A stretch of DNA of 64,000 bases from Bdellovibrio sp. (lineage in GTDB: Bacteria; Bdellovibrionota; Bdellovibrionia; Bdellovibrionales; Bdellovibrionaceae), in NCBI GenBank assembly GCA_036677065.1, contig JAKFBS010000004.1, positions 1 to 64,000 of the forward strand, read 5' to 3'. Shown in pieces: positions 21,851-35,312 of this stretch. Under the pieces are notes generated by a model. The model did no database searches and was not told the DNA's origin. It was given only the letters and a program-made list of their open reading frames with translations. Every line of letters begins with the position of its first letter. The stretch's first letter is position 1. Both the position numbers and the translations under genes were made by a program.

Positions 21851-22461
21851 TTAAGGTAAATCTCCTTAAATCATATTCACAGGTAGAGGCCGATTTTTCT
21901 ACAGAGTTTGATGACTTTAAGCAGGTCAGAATAGACTTTGCAAAAAGAGTTATGATGTTTTTAATCGGGCCTTTAGGTCTTTTTGGTTATGAGATGTATA
22001 ATATCCCTGAGCTCGAAGGCCAAAAGATGGCCTTAGCTTCGGATCTGGCAACGTTAACTGAGTTTAACCAACGTAAAGAAGCCATTGCTGCCGAGATTTC
22101 TAAATACGAAGAAGATAAAAAACGTTTAAATCGCCAAACGCAATTCTTAGAGCGCATTTCACGTGAACGCCTATTCCCTTTAGAGTTAGTGAATCGTCTT
22201 AAAGAAACAATTCCTTCAGGTGTTTGGTTAACGAGTTTAAACACGACAGGTAATCGTTTAGAGTTTGCGGGCGGTGGCGACACTGAAAAAGCAATTTCTG
22301 ACTTTGAAGGCCGGCTAACCAGCACGCAGATTTTAAAAAATGTTAAATTACAAAATATTGATGTAATGCCAACACCAGAACTTAAATCCAGTGATTTAAG
22401 AATTCGTTCATTCATGATCTCGGCTGAATACGCAACTAACGAAGGAGCCAAAAGTGAATGA
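21847..22461 (+). CDS. pilN: Type IV pilus assembly protein PilN
   Basis: MIKVNLL PilM-binding motif, TM, coiled coil, P.GVWLT. Confidence 0.9.
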   Translation: MIKVNLLKSYSQVEADFSTEFDDFKQVRIDFAKRVMMFLIGPLGLFGYEMYNIPELEGQKMALASDLATLTEFNQRKEAIAAEISKYEEDKKRLNRQTQFLERISRERLFPLELVNRLKETIPSGVWLTSLNTTGNRLEFAGGGDTEKAISDFEGRLTSTQILKNVKLQNIDVMPTPELKSSDLRIRSFMISAEYATNEGAKSE

Positions 22462-23113
22462 CTTAGTGGCTAAGGTATCAACCCTATCAGTGAATCGTAT
22501 TGCGTTTTTTGGCTTGTTGTTGACGATGTTTTATTACTTTATGGGTTACAACAATGGTGACGCCATCGTTGCAGAAATTACCAGCTTAAATGCCCAAATT
22601 GCTGAAGAGACGACTAAAAAAGTTGAAACTGAACGTGTTCTTAAAAAAGAAGAAGAAATGCGGGCCGACGTAGCTTCGCTGGCTAAAACTTATGAAGCTG
22701 TAAAATCAAAAATTCCAATTGATTTTGAAACTTCAGAATTACGCATTATTGTAGAACAAATCAGTGCGGCTACAGATTTAAAAATCGCTAAATTAAGTAA
22801 CTCCGACATGCAGCAAGTGAATAGCCCAGAGGCTACTGAAAACGCTGAAGAAGCAAATCTTGTGCAAAAGGTTGCAATTAATTATGTTTTTCAGGGTAGT
22901 TTCGCACAGATTCAAACTTTTATGACTCAGATCGCAGCCGTTGAAAAAGTTATTAAAGTCTCTGAGTTAAAAATCAAAACAGAAGATTCACAAAACCCTG
23001 GACCAAGTAAATTTTTAACAGTCGAAGCCGTGTTAGTTGGGTATCGTCAGGCGGCAGTTGCCGCAGCGAAAACTCCAGCTATTCCGATAGCCCCAAAAGA
23101 GGAAGTGCAATAA
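22454..23113 (+). CDS. pilO: Type IV pilus assembly protein PilO
   Basis: TM plus coiled coil plus G.F.QI..F...I pattern; position in the operon. Confidence 0.88.
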   Translation: MNDLVAKVSTLSVNRIAFFGLLLTMFYYFMGYNNGDAIVAEITSLNAQIAEETTKKVETERVLKKEEEMRADVASLAKTYEAVKSKIPIDFETSELRIIVEQISAATDLKIAKLSNSDMQQVNSPEATENAEEANLVQKVAINYVFQGSFAQIQTFMTQIAAVEKVIKVSELKIKTEDSQNPGPSKFLTVEAVLVGYRQAAVAAAKTPAIPIAPKEEVQ

Positions 23114-23820
23114 TGAAAAACATTATTTCACTTATCAAAAACTCTTCATTATACTTGGTGGCGATGGTGACGGCATTAGCTGCAACTTATTATTTAGGTT
23201 TAGCTCCACTATTGCATGCCCAAGCTGATTTTCCTGATATGCCAGCATTTCCTGAAGCCAAACCAACTGCGCCGCCAGCTAACGTAAACGCTCCTCCGCC
23301 TGCAGAAAAGCCTGCAGATGTTCCTGAGTTACCGGCGCAAAGTGATACTCCGCAAACCCCTCCGCCGACCCCGGCAGCAAAAGCGCCGGCGCCACCTGTT
23401 AGTCGTCCGAGTATTTCTCCGGCGTCAGGAATTTTATTTAAACACACTAAATCTTATGTCGGTGAATTAAGTAACCCGGATCGCGATCCATTTCGTAAGC
23501 CTTTGTATATTTTAGAGCTTGAAGAAAAAAGTTTAAGACCACAAAAAACTGAAGAAATTCGTATCGATGATAAAATCGAAGCGATCCGCCGTTGGCCTCT
23601 ACGTGATTATCGCCTAGTTGGTGTTATTTGGGATGTTCGAAATCCTAAGGCAATGATTGTAGATCCTTCGAACACAATGCATTTATTAAAAAGAAATTAT
23701 CGAATCGGTGATAAAGATGGAATTATATCAGCGATTTCAGAGGGAACAATCACTGTCATCCAAGACAACATTCCGGTGGTGATTGATATCTCGGGTAGTA
23801 GTAGCAATAGTAATAATTAG
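23113..23820 (+). CDS. pilP: Type IV pilus assembly protein PilP (Pro-rich linker)
   Basis: RDPF motif, L.GVIW...P.AMI.DP and IG..DG.I; directly before pilQ. Confidence 0.88.
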   Translation: MKNIISLIKNSSLYLVAMVTALAATYYLGLAPLLHAQADFPDMPAFPEAKPTAPPANVNAPPPAEKPADVPELPAQSDTPQTPPPTPAAKAPAPPVSRPSISPASGILFKHTKSYVGELSNPDRDPFRKPLYILELEEKSLRPQKTEEIRIDDKIEAIRRWPLRDYRLVGVIWDVRNPKAMIVDPSNTMHLLKRNYRIGDKDGIISAISEGTITVIQDNIPVVIDISGSSSNSNN

Positions 23821-23838
23821 TTCGATTAGGAGGATTGA

Positions 23839-25911
23839 ATGATTAAAAAACGACTGACCTCAATGGTGTTAGTTTTGAGTCTTATATCGTTTTCTTGTTC
23901 AACAAAGAAAAAAGTCGTAGATGATGATTTCGGTGTCGAAGATGAAACCGGAACAGAGCTTTCGCTTGATGATACAGCTGAAAGTGCAAGCGATCCTAAT
24001 GCTAAAGATGAATTTGCTGAATTCGATAAACCAGCTCAGGACGAACCACCTCCAGAGCAAGTGGCTGAAGCGACTCCTCCGCCGGAAGAAACTATCGAAG
24101 TTCCTCCACAACCACAAGAGATCGCGGCAGAGCCTCCTCCTATTGATCAACCAACAGCAAAAATCAGTGATGTTAAATTTCTGGGTAACAGCAATGGTGG
24201 TACTTTAGTTATTAATGCGGATTATCCCTTACAATATAAAACCCGCATGAATTCAAACACCAATCAGTTAGTGGTTGAAGTTCAAAATGCTATCGTTCCG
24301 GATCGTTTAAAAAGAGCCTTAAACACTAAAGATATGACTTCAAATATCGGTAGCATTGATATTTACCAGAATGCGAATTCAAATGTAGCCCGTTTTGTTG
24401 TGCAATTACGTTCTGGGGCGCAAGAGCCTTTAGTGCAACCTGAAGGAAACACTTTGTTGATCGTTGGCAGCCCAAGTGGCATCACCGATAAAACTCCAGA
24501 AGCAATGGCCGCAGCTGAAGGCGGCGAATCAGACGATGCTGCAAGTCTTGGTATTATGAACTCTGAAAGTATCGAAGAATTCTTAGCGAATAATAATAAG
24601 TTTTATGGCCGTAAGATTTCAATTGAAACTACGGATATGGACGTTCGCGATGTTTTAAAATTTATCTCTGAAGAATCAGGGATAAATATGATTTTCGACG
24701 ATAATATCGCAGGTCGCGTAAGTTTAAAACTTCGCAAAGTTCCTTGGGATCAGGCTTTAGTTACGATTTTAAAGTCAAAAAAGTTAGCTTACCGCCGCCA
24801 AGGCCAAGTTTTACGTATCGGTCCTGTCGAAGCTTTGGCTAAAGAAGAAGAAGACGCCATCCGCCTGAAAGAAGCTAAGCTTAAGACTGAATCTTTAGTC
24901 GTAAGAAATTTCTCAATTAACTATGCAGATGTGGCGGCACTTGAAGCCAAAATTAAAGACTTTATCGCAGACGGAGCAGGGGCAGCGGCAACAACGCGCG
25001 GAAAAGTCACCGTTGATACAAGAACAAACTCACTGATCGTAACCGAGACAAACACAAAGCTAGCTCAAGTTGAAAAACTAATCTTGCTTCTGGATTCTCA
25101 GCCGCAACAGGTTCTTATCGAAGGCCGCGTGGTTGAAGCTTCTGAAACTTATGCTCGTACAATCGGGGTAAACTTCGGATTTAATGTACCACAAACTGGA
25201 GATGCAAACTTAGTGATCCCAGGTCGTGACCGTGTTTCCACGGGGAGTTTAAGTCGTTTTTACAGTCCTTCAGCAACATTTAATCCGGCAGCAACGGGTT
25301 CATTCACAGGTTCATTGTGGGTAGGTCAATTCGGCGCTTTCGGGGATTTATCAACTCGCTTGGCTCTGGATGAAGTCGAAGAAAAAGTTAAGATCTTATC
25401 TTCACCTCGCATCGCGGTTTTACATAATAGCCAAGCTACTATTAAGCAGGGTTCAATCATCCAGGTTCCATCTACAGAGACTCAAACCGCCGGAACCACG
25501 ACGGTCACGCAAACGTTCAAAGAAGTGGAAGTGGGCGTGAATTTAGATGTTAAACCCCTGATTTCAAGTATTGGAACTGTAAATTTAGATCTAAAAATCG
25601 AACGTTCTGCAACAACAGCTACTGGCGGAAGAACTCAGCGTGAAATCAAAACCAATATCATCGTAAAAAGCGGTGAAACTGCGGTTATCGGTGGGGTATT
25701 TACTTCAGATGTGACAAATCGTCGTACGGGAATCCCAGGTTTAAAAGACATTCCTATCTTGGGAACATTGTTTAGAACAGATTCTAACTCGAGCCAAAAG
25801 ACAGAATTAATGTTTTTTATCTCTCCACGAATTCTTAAGACACTGCAAGCTCCTACATTCAAGGCGGACAGCCAAGATTTAAATGAGGGCGGCGGTACTA
25901 CTGAGCAATAG
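23839..25911 (+). CDS. pilQ: Type IV pilus secretin PilQ
   Basis: AMIN-like region, VPWDQAL, QVLIEGRVVE, SSPRI and GIPGLKDIPILGTLF motifs. Confidence 0.95.
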   Translation: MIKKRLTSMVLVLSLISFSCSTKKKVVDDDFGVEDETGTELSLDDTAESASDPNAKDEFAEFDKPAQDEPPPEQVAEATPPPEETIEVPPQPQEIAAEPPPIDQPTAKISDVKFLGNSNGGTLVINADYPLQYKTRMNSNTNQLVVEVQNAIVPDRLKRALNTKDMTSNIGSIDIYQNANSNVARFVVQLRSGAQEPLVQPEGNTLLIVGSPSGITDKTPEAMAAAEGGESDDAASLGIMNSESIEEFLANNNKFYGRKISIETTDMDVRDVLKFISEESGINMIFDDNIAGRVSLKLRKVPWDQALVTILKSKKLAYRRQGQVLRIGPVEALAKEEEDAIRLKEAKLKTESLVVRNFSINYADVAALEAKIKDFIADGAGAAATTRGKVTVDTRTNSLIVTETNTKLAQVEKLILLLDSQPQQVLIEGRVVEASETYARTIGVNFGFNVPQTGDANLVIPGRDRVSTGSLSRFYSPSATFNPAATGSFTGSLWVGQFGAFGDLSTRLALDEVEEKVKILSSPRIAVLHNSQATIKQGSIIQVPSTETQTAGTTTVTQTFKEVEVGVNLDVKPLISSIGTVNLDLKIERSATTATGGRTQREIKTNIIVKSGETAVIGGVFTSDVTNRRTGIPGLKDIPILGTLFRTDSNSSQKTELMFFISPRILKTLQAPTFKADSQDLNEGGGTTEQ

Positions 25912-26033
25912 ACCGAACAATAACTCTGAGAAGTCTCAGAGTTAAAATAAAAAAGAATCAGAATTTAATTATAATAGAATAGAGAAATAAAAGGGGCTGA
26001 AAAGCCGAGAGTTGAAGGGGCTGCAAAGCCCCT

Positions 26034-26336
26034 TTAGATTTTTTGCGCTGAGAACATCGTGCTGTCCTCGTTTTTAATATTACTAAAAGAGTAGGCTGTG
26101 TTCGCCGGCATTTCTAATTTATCGCCGGCACGTAACACAAACTGAGTGCCTGATAGGTTAAAAATAAGTTCACCTTCAGCTATTTGAATGATTTCATTTA
26201 AATGAGTTCTCTGGTTCGCTAAGCGCGAGCCAGACTTGATTTGAAAAGGTCTTGGTTCAAGTCCTTCAGCCTCAAAAAGCTTAATAATGATGTCTTTGTT
26301 TACTGGAATTTCTGCAGTCCAACGAGTAATTTTCAT
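26034..26336 (-). CDS. Small cupin-fold protein
   Basis: GELIF...L.AGD.L..PANT.Y cupin pattern; metal His residues poorly conserved. Confidence 0.75.
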   Translation of the reverse strand: MKITRWTAEIPVNKDIIIKLFEAEGLEPRPFQIKSGSRLANQRTHLNEIIQIAEGELIFNLSGTQFVLRAGDKLEMPANTAYSFSNIKNEDSTMFSAQKI

Positions 26337-26385
26337 AATAAACCTAATATTTCACACAGATTCTTAATTTGATACAAAAATATTT

Positions 26386-26413
26386 TAAAGACTCACTCTC
26401 AACAGGTCGATAA
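26386..26413 (+). promoter_or_regulatory. Putative sigma28 promoter
   Basis: TAAA-N16-GTCGATAA upstream of the 26440 ORF. Confidence 0.55.
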
Positions 26414-26439
26414 AAAAAATGATGTAACCGGGCAATATT

Positions 26440-26973
26440 GTGGAGGCCACCTTGAAGAAGCCAAATGAGAGTGTAAGTTCTAACAACAACATGAATGAGA
26501 TTATTAATTTTTTAGAAAACACTCGCCATGTGAAATTTGAATTCGATCAAACTTCATTGCGCGTGACTCAGAGTGAAGATCAAAAAGCTATTAGCTTTAG
26601 ATTTGCTGATGTTGAAAAAGTATTAGCTCGCACAGATTTCGATGGTTCACAGTTCATTCAGATTAATTTTCATAATAAGACTAAGATTTTAATTACAAAA
26701 AATTTAATCGGCTTCAAACCACTTGAATTAGTGGGCTTTGATGCTGGCAAAATTCCAAAAGTAGTGACGACAGTAGATCTAAATAGCGTCTTCAAGGCGA
26801 TTGAAGATCTTACAGATGGTGAAGACACGTACCAAACAGCCACGGAATTGGAAGTTTTGAAAAAAGTATATCAAAGTATTATGATGGGAGCCGAGCAAGT
26901 CGGCTTCGAGATGAAGGCCGAGAAACTATGGTTTTCAGCATTTCTGCTGAATCCGCTCGCAGCGACTGCTTAA
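26440..26973 (+). CDS. Hypothetical protein
   Basis: 177-aa ORF with normal codon usage; start uncertain. Confidence 0.75.
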   Translation: MEATLKKPNESVSSNNNMNEIINFLENTRHVKFEFDQTSLRVTQSEDQKAISFRFADVEKVLARTDFDGSQFIQINFHNKTKILITKNLIGFKPLELVGFDAGKIPKVVTTVDLNSVFKAIEDLTDGEDTYQTATELEVLKKVYQSIMMGAEQVGFEMKAEKLWFSAFLLNPLAATA

Positions 26974-27100
26974 ACACTTTGCTGTCACGCCTAAAAAAAT
27001 AACAACTCGTTTGAAAAAACCAGCTTTTTAACATTTTTTTAAAAAAAGTATTGCAAACCCGTTTGGTATAAGCGACAAACGTCGAACAGCAAAAGACGTC

Positions 27101-27176
<76 letters not shown>

Positions 27177-27222
27177 AATCAAGACTTTAGATATTTTATT
27201 TAAAAATAAAATAAAAAAAGTA

Positions 27223-27252
27223 TTGACGAGGGTAACTCAACTGAATTACAAC
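27223..27252 (+). promoter_or_regulatory. rrn promoter (sigma70-type) with A-tract UP element
   Basis: TTGACG-N18-TACAAC preceded by A-tracts; boxA-like GTTCTTTGAAAA at about 27310. Confidence 0.6.
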
Positions 27253-27535
27253 TGACGTCCTTGTAGAAATGAAAACGCTTAGCGAAAGCGAAGCAAATGT
27301 TAATGATCGGTTCTTTGAAAACTGAATAGCTAAAAGATTTTGGAACTAATAGAACAGCTACTTTAATGTAGCATCTAACGTAACTTCGGTTGCTTAGAGT
27401 AATATTATTAATTTCTAGGTTTCTTTATATATAAATGAAATCATTTAAAAACTAACGTTTTTATCTCAATGGTTGTTGCCCTCACGGGTGACAATACAAA
27501 AATGAACAGATTTTTAAACTTTTTTAGTTTTTTTT

Positions 27536-29046
<1,511 letters not shown>

Positions 29047-29150
29047 TTCGTGATCAGCACTTTGAATTTATTCAAAGAAAGCAATCACTTCTCTTAGGTC
29101 AAACCAAAATCTTTTAATAGCTATTCAGTTTTGATGGAACTACTGGTCAT

Positions 29151-29227
<77 letters not shown>

Positions 29228-29476
29228 ACTAAGAAATTTTTCGTTCTTTGACAATTGAATATGTAAACTAAGAAGTTTCGAACAAATATTTTTGGGAATT
29301 AAACCTTGAATATCGAAATGAAGTATAGAGTTTTTATTTGTATTAATTTTTTACTAAAAATGATCGCAAGATATTTTTGAGTAAAACAATTATTTAATTT
29401 ACGAATAGTTCATTGAACTAATTCAGTAGATTGTATTAATTGATTTTTAGCGAGGTTAGATTCATATATAATATAA

Positions 29477-32405
<2,929 letters not shown>

Positions 32406-32473
32406 AAATAATTCTCGGTCGCAAGACCAAATTTCGAATCTAACGTAATCGCTAAAAATCAATTAATACAATT

Positions 32474-32591
32474 TGCTGGTGTCTATAGCAGAGAGGTCAC
32501 ACCTGATCCCATTCCGAACTCAGAAGTTAAGCTCTCTTGCGGCGATGGTATTGCACGGGTAACTGTGTGAGAGAGTAGCACGATGCCAGCT
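32474..32591 (+). rRNA. rrf: 5S rRNA
   Basis: GCTGGT...CCCATTCCGAAC.CAGAAGTTAAGC...GAGAGTAG...GCCAGC. Confidence 0.97.
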
Positions 32592-32601
32592 CTATTTTAG
32601 T

Positions 32602-32637
32602 AAACCCCGAGTACGAAAGTATTCGGGGTTTTTTTTT
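32602..32637 (+). terminator. rrn terminator
   Basis: AAACCCCGAGTAC GAAA GTATTCGGGGTT followed by a T-run. Confidence 0.9.
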
Positions 32638-32789
32638 GCCCAAAATCAATTGGGTTTCGTTTTTTTCCTGCGCATTTTGAGCCTATGTCAATTCGTTAGA
32701 CAGCTCGAATTCAGCTAACCCATTTATATTTCATTTTAGTAAATTTTTGACGGGCACTTTTATTGTAACAAGTCAGGTAGAGGTGTTCT

Positions 32790-33977
32790 ATGAAACTGAA
32801 ACAACTTTACTATGCTCACGTCTTTTTGCTTTCTGCATTGGGCTCAGTCATAGCTTGTTCGCCAACTAAGTTTACTCCGGCAGTTGCTGTAAATGCAGAC
32901 TGTACTACTGGCTGCGTGGTTAATCCTGATGGAACTAAAAAATGGGATGAAACACACAAAGTTGGAACGGGTAAGGTTGATATCTTATTTGTTAATGATA
33001 ATTCGGCTTCAATGTCAGTTGTTCAATATCGTTTAGCTCAAGCTTTTGGTGGATTTATCGAAAGACTTGATGCGCGTGAAATCGATTACAAAATTGCAAT
33101 GACAACAACTGATGCAACCAAGCTTTCTTCGACTCCATTATTATCTTTTGGCAATGGAACTACATTTTTAACCAAAGCTGATTCTAATCGTGTTGCTCTT
33201 TTTAATGGTTCAATCGTTAGAACTGAAACTACAAATTGCGAAAATGTAATAAAATCTTTCTATAATACATATGGTCCTAGTTTTCAGACTCGCAATGACT
33301 ATGTTGCTGCTTACAATAATGCTTGTGCCTCAGGCGATGAGCGTGGAATTTTAGCCGCTAACCATATTTTGAAAAATAATTCTGGTAGTTTTGTACGTGC
33401 AGATGCTCATTTAAATATTATTGTGATTTCAAATGAAGACGTTCGCAGTGGAAATACTGGATCTTTTACAACGGAAGATCGCGCGTCAAATTTAACTGCT
33501 ACAGTTAACTCTGCTTTTGCGAGCAAATACTGGGAATTTAATTCAATTATTACTAAAGATGCGGTTTGTGCTCAGGCCCAAAAATCACAATTTAGAACTG
33601 CATCTGGCCAAGAAATCAAAGATCAAAATGGTAACTATGTAATTGGTGCTAACCCAGGTATTGAATACGCAGCTTTATCTGCATCTGCATCACAAGATAT
33701 CGATGGAAATGCACAACCCCGTGGTCAAATTATTGATATTTGCCAAACGAACTACTCAACTCACTTTAACAACATGGCAACTAAGGTTGCGGACTCTGCT
33801 CGTATGTTTAATTTAAAATGCAGCCCTGCAGCAGCACCAGTAGTTGAAATCGTTGGTAATCCAGCAGCGACAGTTCCTCATACTTGGAATGGAAATCACA
33901 TCGTGTTCAACCGCGGCTCTGAAGGTATTAATGTTCGCGTAAAATACAACTGTCCACAAACTGGTGGAGTTCAGTAA
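32790..33977 (+). CDS. vWA/MIDAS-domain Cys-rich lipoprotein (putative adhesin)
   Basis: Lipobox VIAC; KVDILFVNDNSAS (DxSxS); TTTD; IIVISNED. Confidence 0.8.
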   Translation: MKLKQLYYAHVFLLSALGSVIACSPTKFTPAVAVNADCTTGCVVNPDGTKKWDETHKVGTGKVDILFVNDNSASMSVVQYRLAQAFGGFIERLDAREIDYKIAMTTTDATKLSSTPLLSFGNGTTFLTKADSNRVALFNGSIVRTETTNCENVIKSFYNTYGPSFQTRNDYVAAYNNACASGDERGILAANHILKNNSGSFVRADAHLNIIVISNEDVRSGNTGSFTTEDRASNLTATVNSAFASKYWEFNSIITKDAVCAQAQKSQFRTASGQEIKDQNGNYVIGANPGIEYAALSASASQDIDGNAQPRGQIIDICQTNYSTHFNNMATKVADSARMFNLKCSPAAAPVVEIVGNPAATVPHTWNGNHIVFNRGSEGINVRVKYNCPQTGGVQ

Positions 33978-34065
33978 TTTTTCAGAACTCAATTTGAGAT
34001 AGTTATAGTAGACAGATCAAGTTATCAAAATTAAAAATAGGTTTGAAATTATAATAGATTCGATC

Positions 34066-34096
34066 AAAGAGCGTCTTAAGTTGAGACGCTCTTTTT
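34066..34096 (+). terminator. Hairpin/terminator after the MIDAS gene (may also be a GTC-N9-GAC site)
   Basis: AAAGAGCGTCTTAA G TTGAGACGCTCTTTTT. Confidence 0.6.
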
Positions 34097-34169
34097 GTTT
34101 TTGCGAATTACTCTCGTAAAATTCATAAAAAATTCAATTTTACGAATTCAACAACCGATCATTTGTCAT

Positions 34170-34859
34170 ATGGCAATGGTAGACAGATACAAAAAATCAG
34201 GTGGCTTCATTCAACTATTACAAGTTATTGAAACTTGTGGTCCTAAAAAGCGTGAGCAGTTTATGAAAATTATAAACGAGGAAACTCCAAGATGGGGAGA
34301 AGCGATCGTAGCTAAAATGCTTAGCTTTGAAAAAATTCTTTCTTGGAAGCCAGAAGCCATCATGGAAATTACAGCGCAAATGAATCCATTAGCTTTTGGT
34401 ACAGCTTTAAAATCGTTACCTCAAGAAAAGTTCGATGAGTTTGCGGCGAAGCTTGGGCCTCAAGAGCGTCGTAAGTTCGAACAACTTTATAAAGAAGGTA
34501 CTCCTGCGCCGAATGAAATTTCTGCGTGCTTAGTGAAAGTGATTAATGAAACTCGTTTGTTATTCGCAGCTGGTACATTAAAATTTGATAAGATTGATCC
34601 TGATCTAACTATTCCTGACGAAATCGAAAGTAAATTAGAAAAAGGCAGCTTAGGAAGCGGTCCATCTTCTGGCGGTAATCGTACGGCTGAAGATGTAGTT
34701 AAAGAAGCTTCCGCTTCTTCAGGTATCCAATTAGGTAACCCGAATGAGGTCGATTCTTTACGTCGAAAAATTGTTGAGCTCAATAACGTGGTGATGGCTC
34801 TTAAAAAAGACAACACCTCGATGAAAGATAAGCTCGATAAAATTAAAAAAATCGCTTAA
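34170..34859 (+). CDS. FliG C-terminal-like domain protein with C-terminal coiled coil
   Basis: DRYKK.GGF.QLL start, armadillo/FliG-like helical middle, coiled-coil tail; ATG 34170 follows a sigma28-like promoter. Confidence 0.6.
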   Translation: MAMVDRYKKSGGFIQLLQVIETCGPKKREQFMKIINEETPRWGEAIVAKMLSFEKILSWKPEAIMEITAQMNPLAFGTALKSLPQEKFDEFAAKLGPQERRKFEQLYKEGTPAPNEISACLVKVINETRLLFAAGTLKFDKIDPDLTIPDEIESKLEKGSLGSGPSSGGNRTAEDVVKEASASSGIQLGNPNEVDSLRRKIVELNNVVMALKKDNTSMKDKLDKIKKIA

Positions 34860-35082
34860 AATAGCTTTATTTTACAGCAATCTCAAAGAGCGGCAGCTAG
34901 CCTCTCTTTTGCTTTTTGAGGGCTTGAAGAGCCATTTATGGAGCTTCTAGAGGCTAAAAGCTTGGCAAATCAGCTAACCCGACGAATTCAAACTTAAAAT
35001 TGGGTGGAATTTTAGCTTTTGCTGCGAATTATTTGACAACACAAGCCTGTCAGGATTAATTTGTTTCTTCTTACGAAGTCGT

Positions 35083-35159
<77 letters not shown>

Positions 35160-35237
35160 ATTATCTAAAATATTTCATCTTACAAACTACATAAAAGTCT
35201 AAGTCGCAAAGTTTATACCTAAATTTTTGTTATATTC

Positions 35238-35300
35238 GATAGCTAAAACCCGATAGCTAAAACTTGATAACTAAAATTTGATAACTAAAACTCGAGAGCT
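35238..35300. repeat. 14-bp tandem repeat, about 4.5 copies (GATARCTAAAAYYY)
   Basis: GATAGCTAAAACCC GATAGCTAAAACTT GATAACTAAAATTT GATAACTAAAACTC GAGAGCT. Confidence 0.85.
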
Positions 35301-35312
35301 GATTCAATAAAA

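Noticed and set aside
3023..25862. Short overlapping or antisense ORFs (e.g. 4027-4425, 21987-22451, 23190-23447)
   Set aside because: They are shadows of well-supported genes, with no RBS or recognisable motifs
25921..26035. Hairpin TAACTCTGAGA..TCTCAGAGTTA and duplicated AAGGGGCTG.AAAGCC as an ncRNA or REP element
   Set aside because: Adequately explained as terminator-like hairpins between convergent genes; no further copies seen
35238..35300. Repeat array as a CRISPR
   Set aside because: 14-bp units with no spacers and no cas genes in the window
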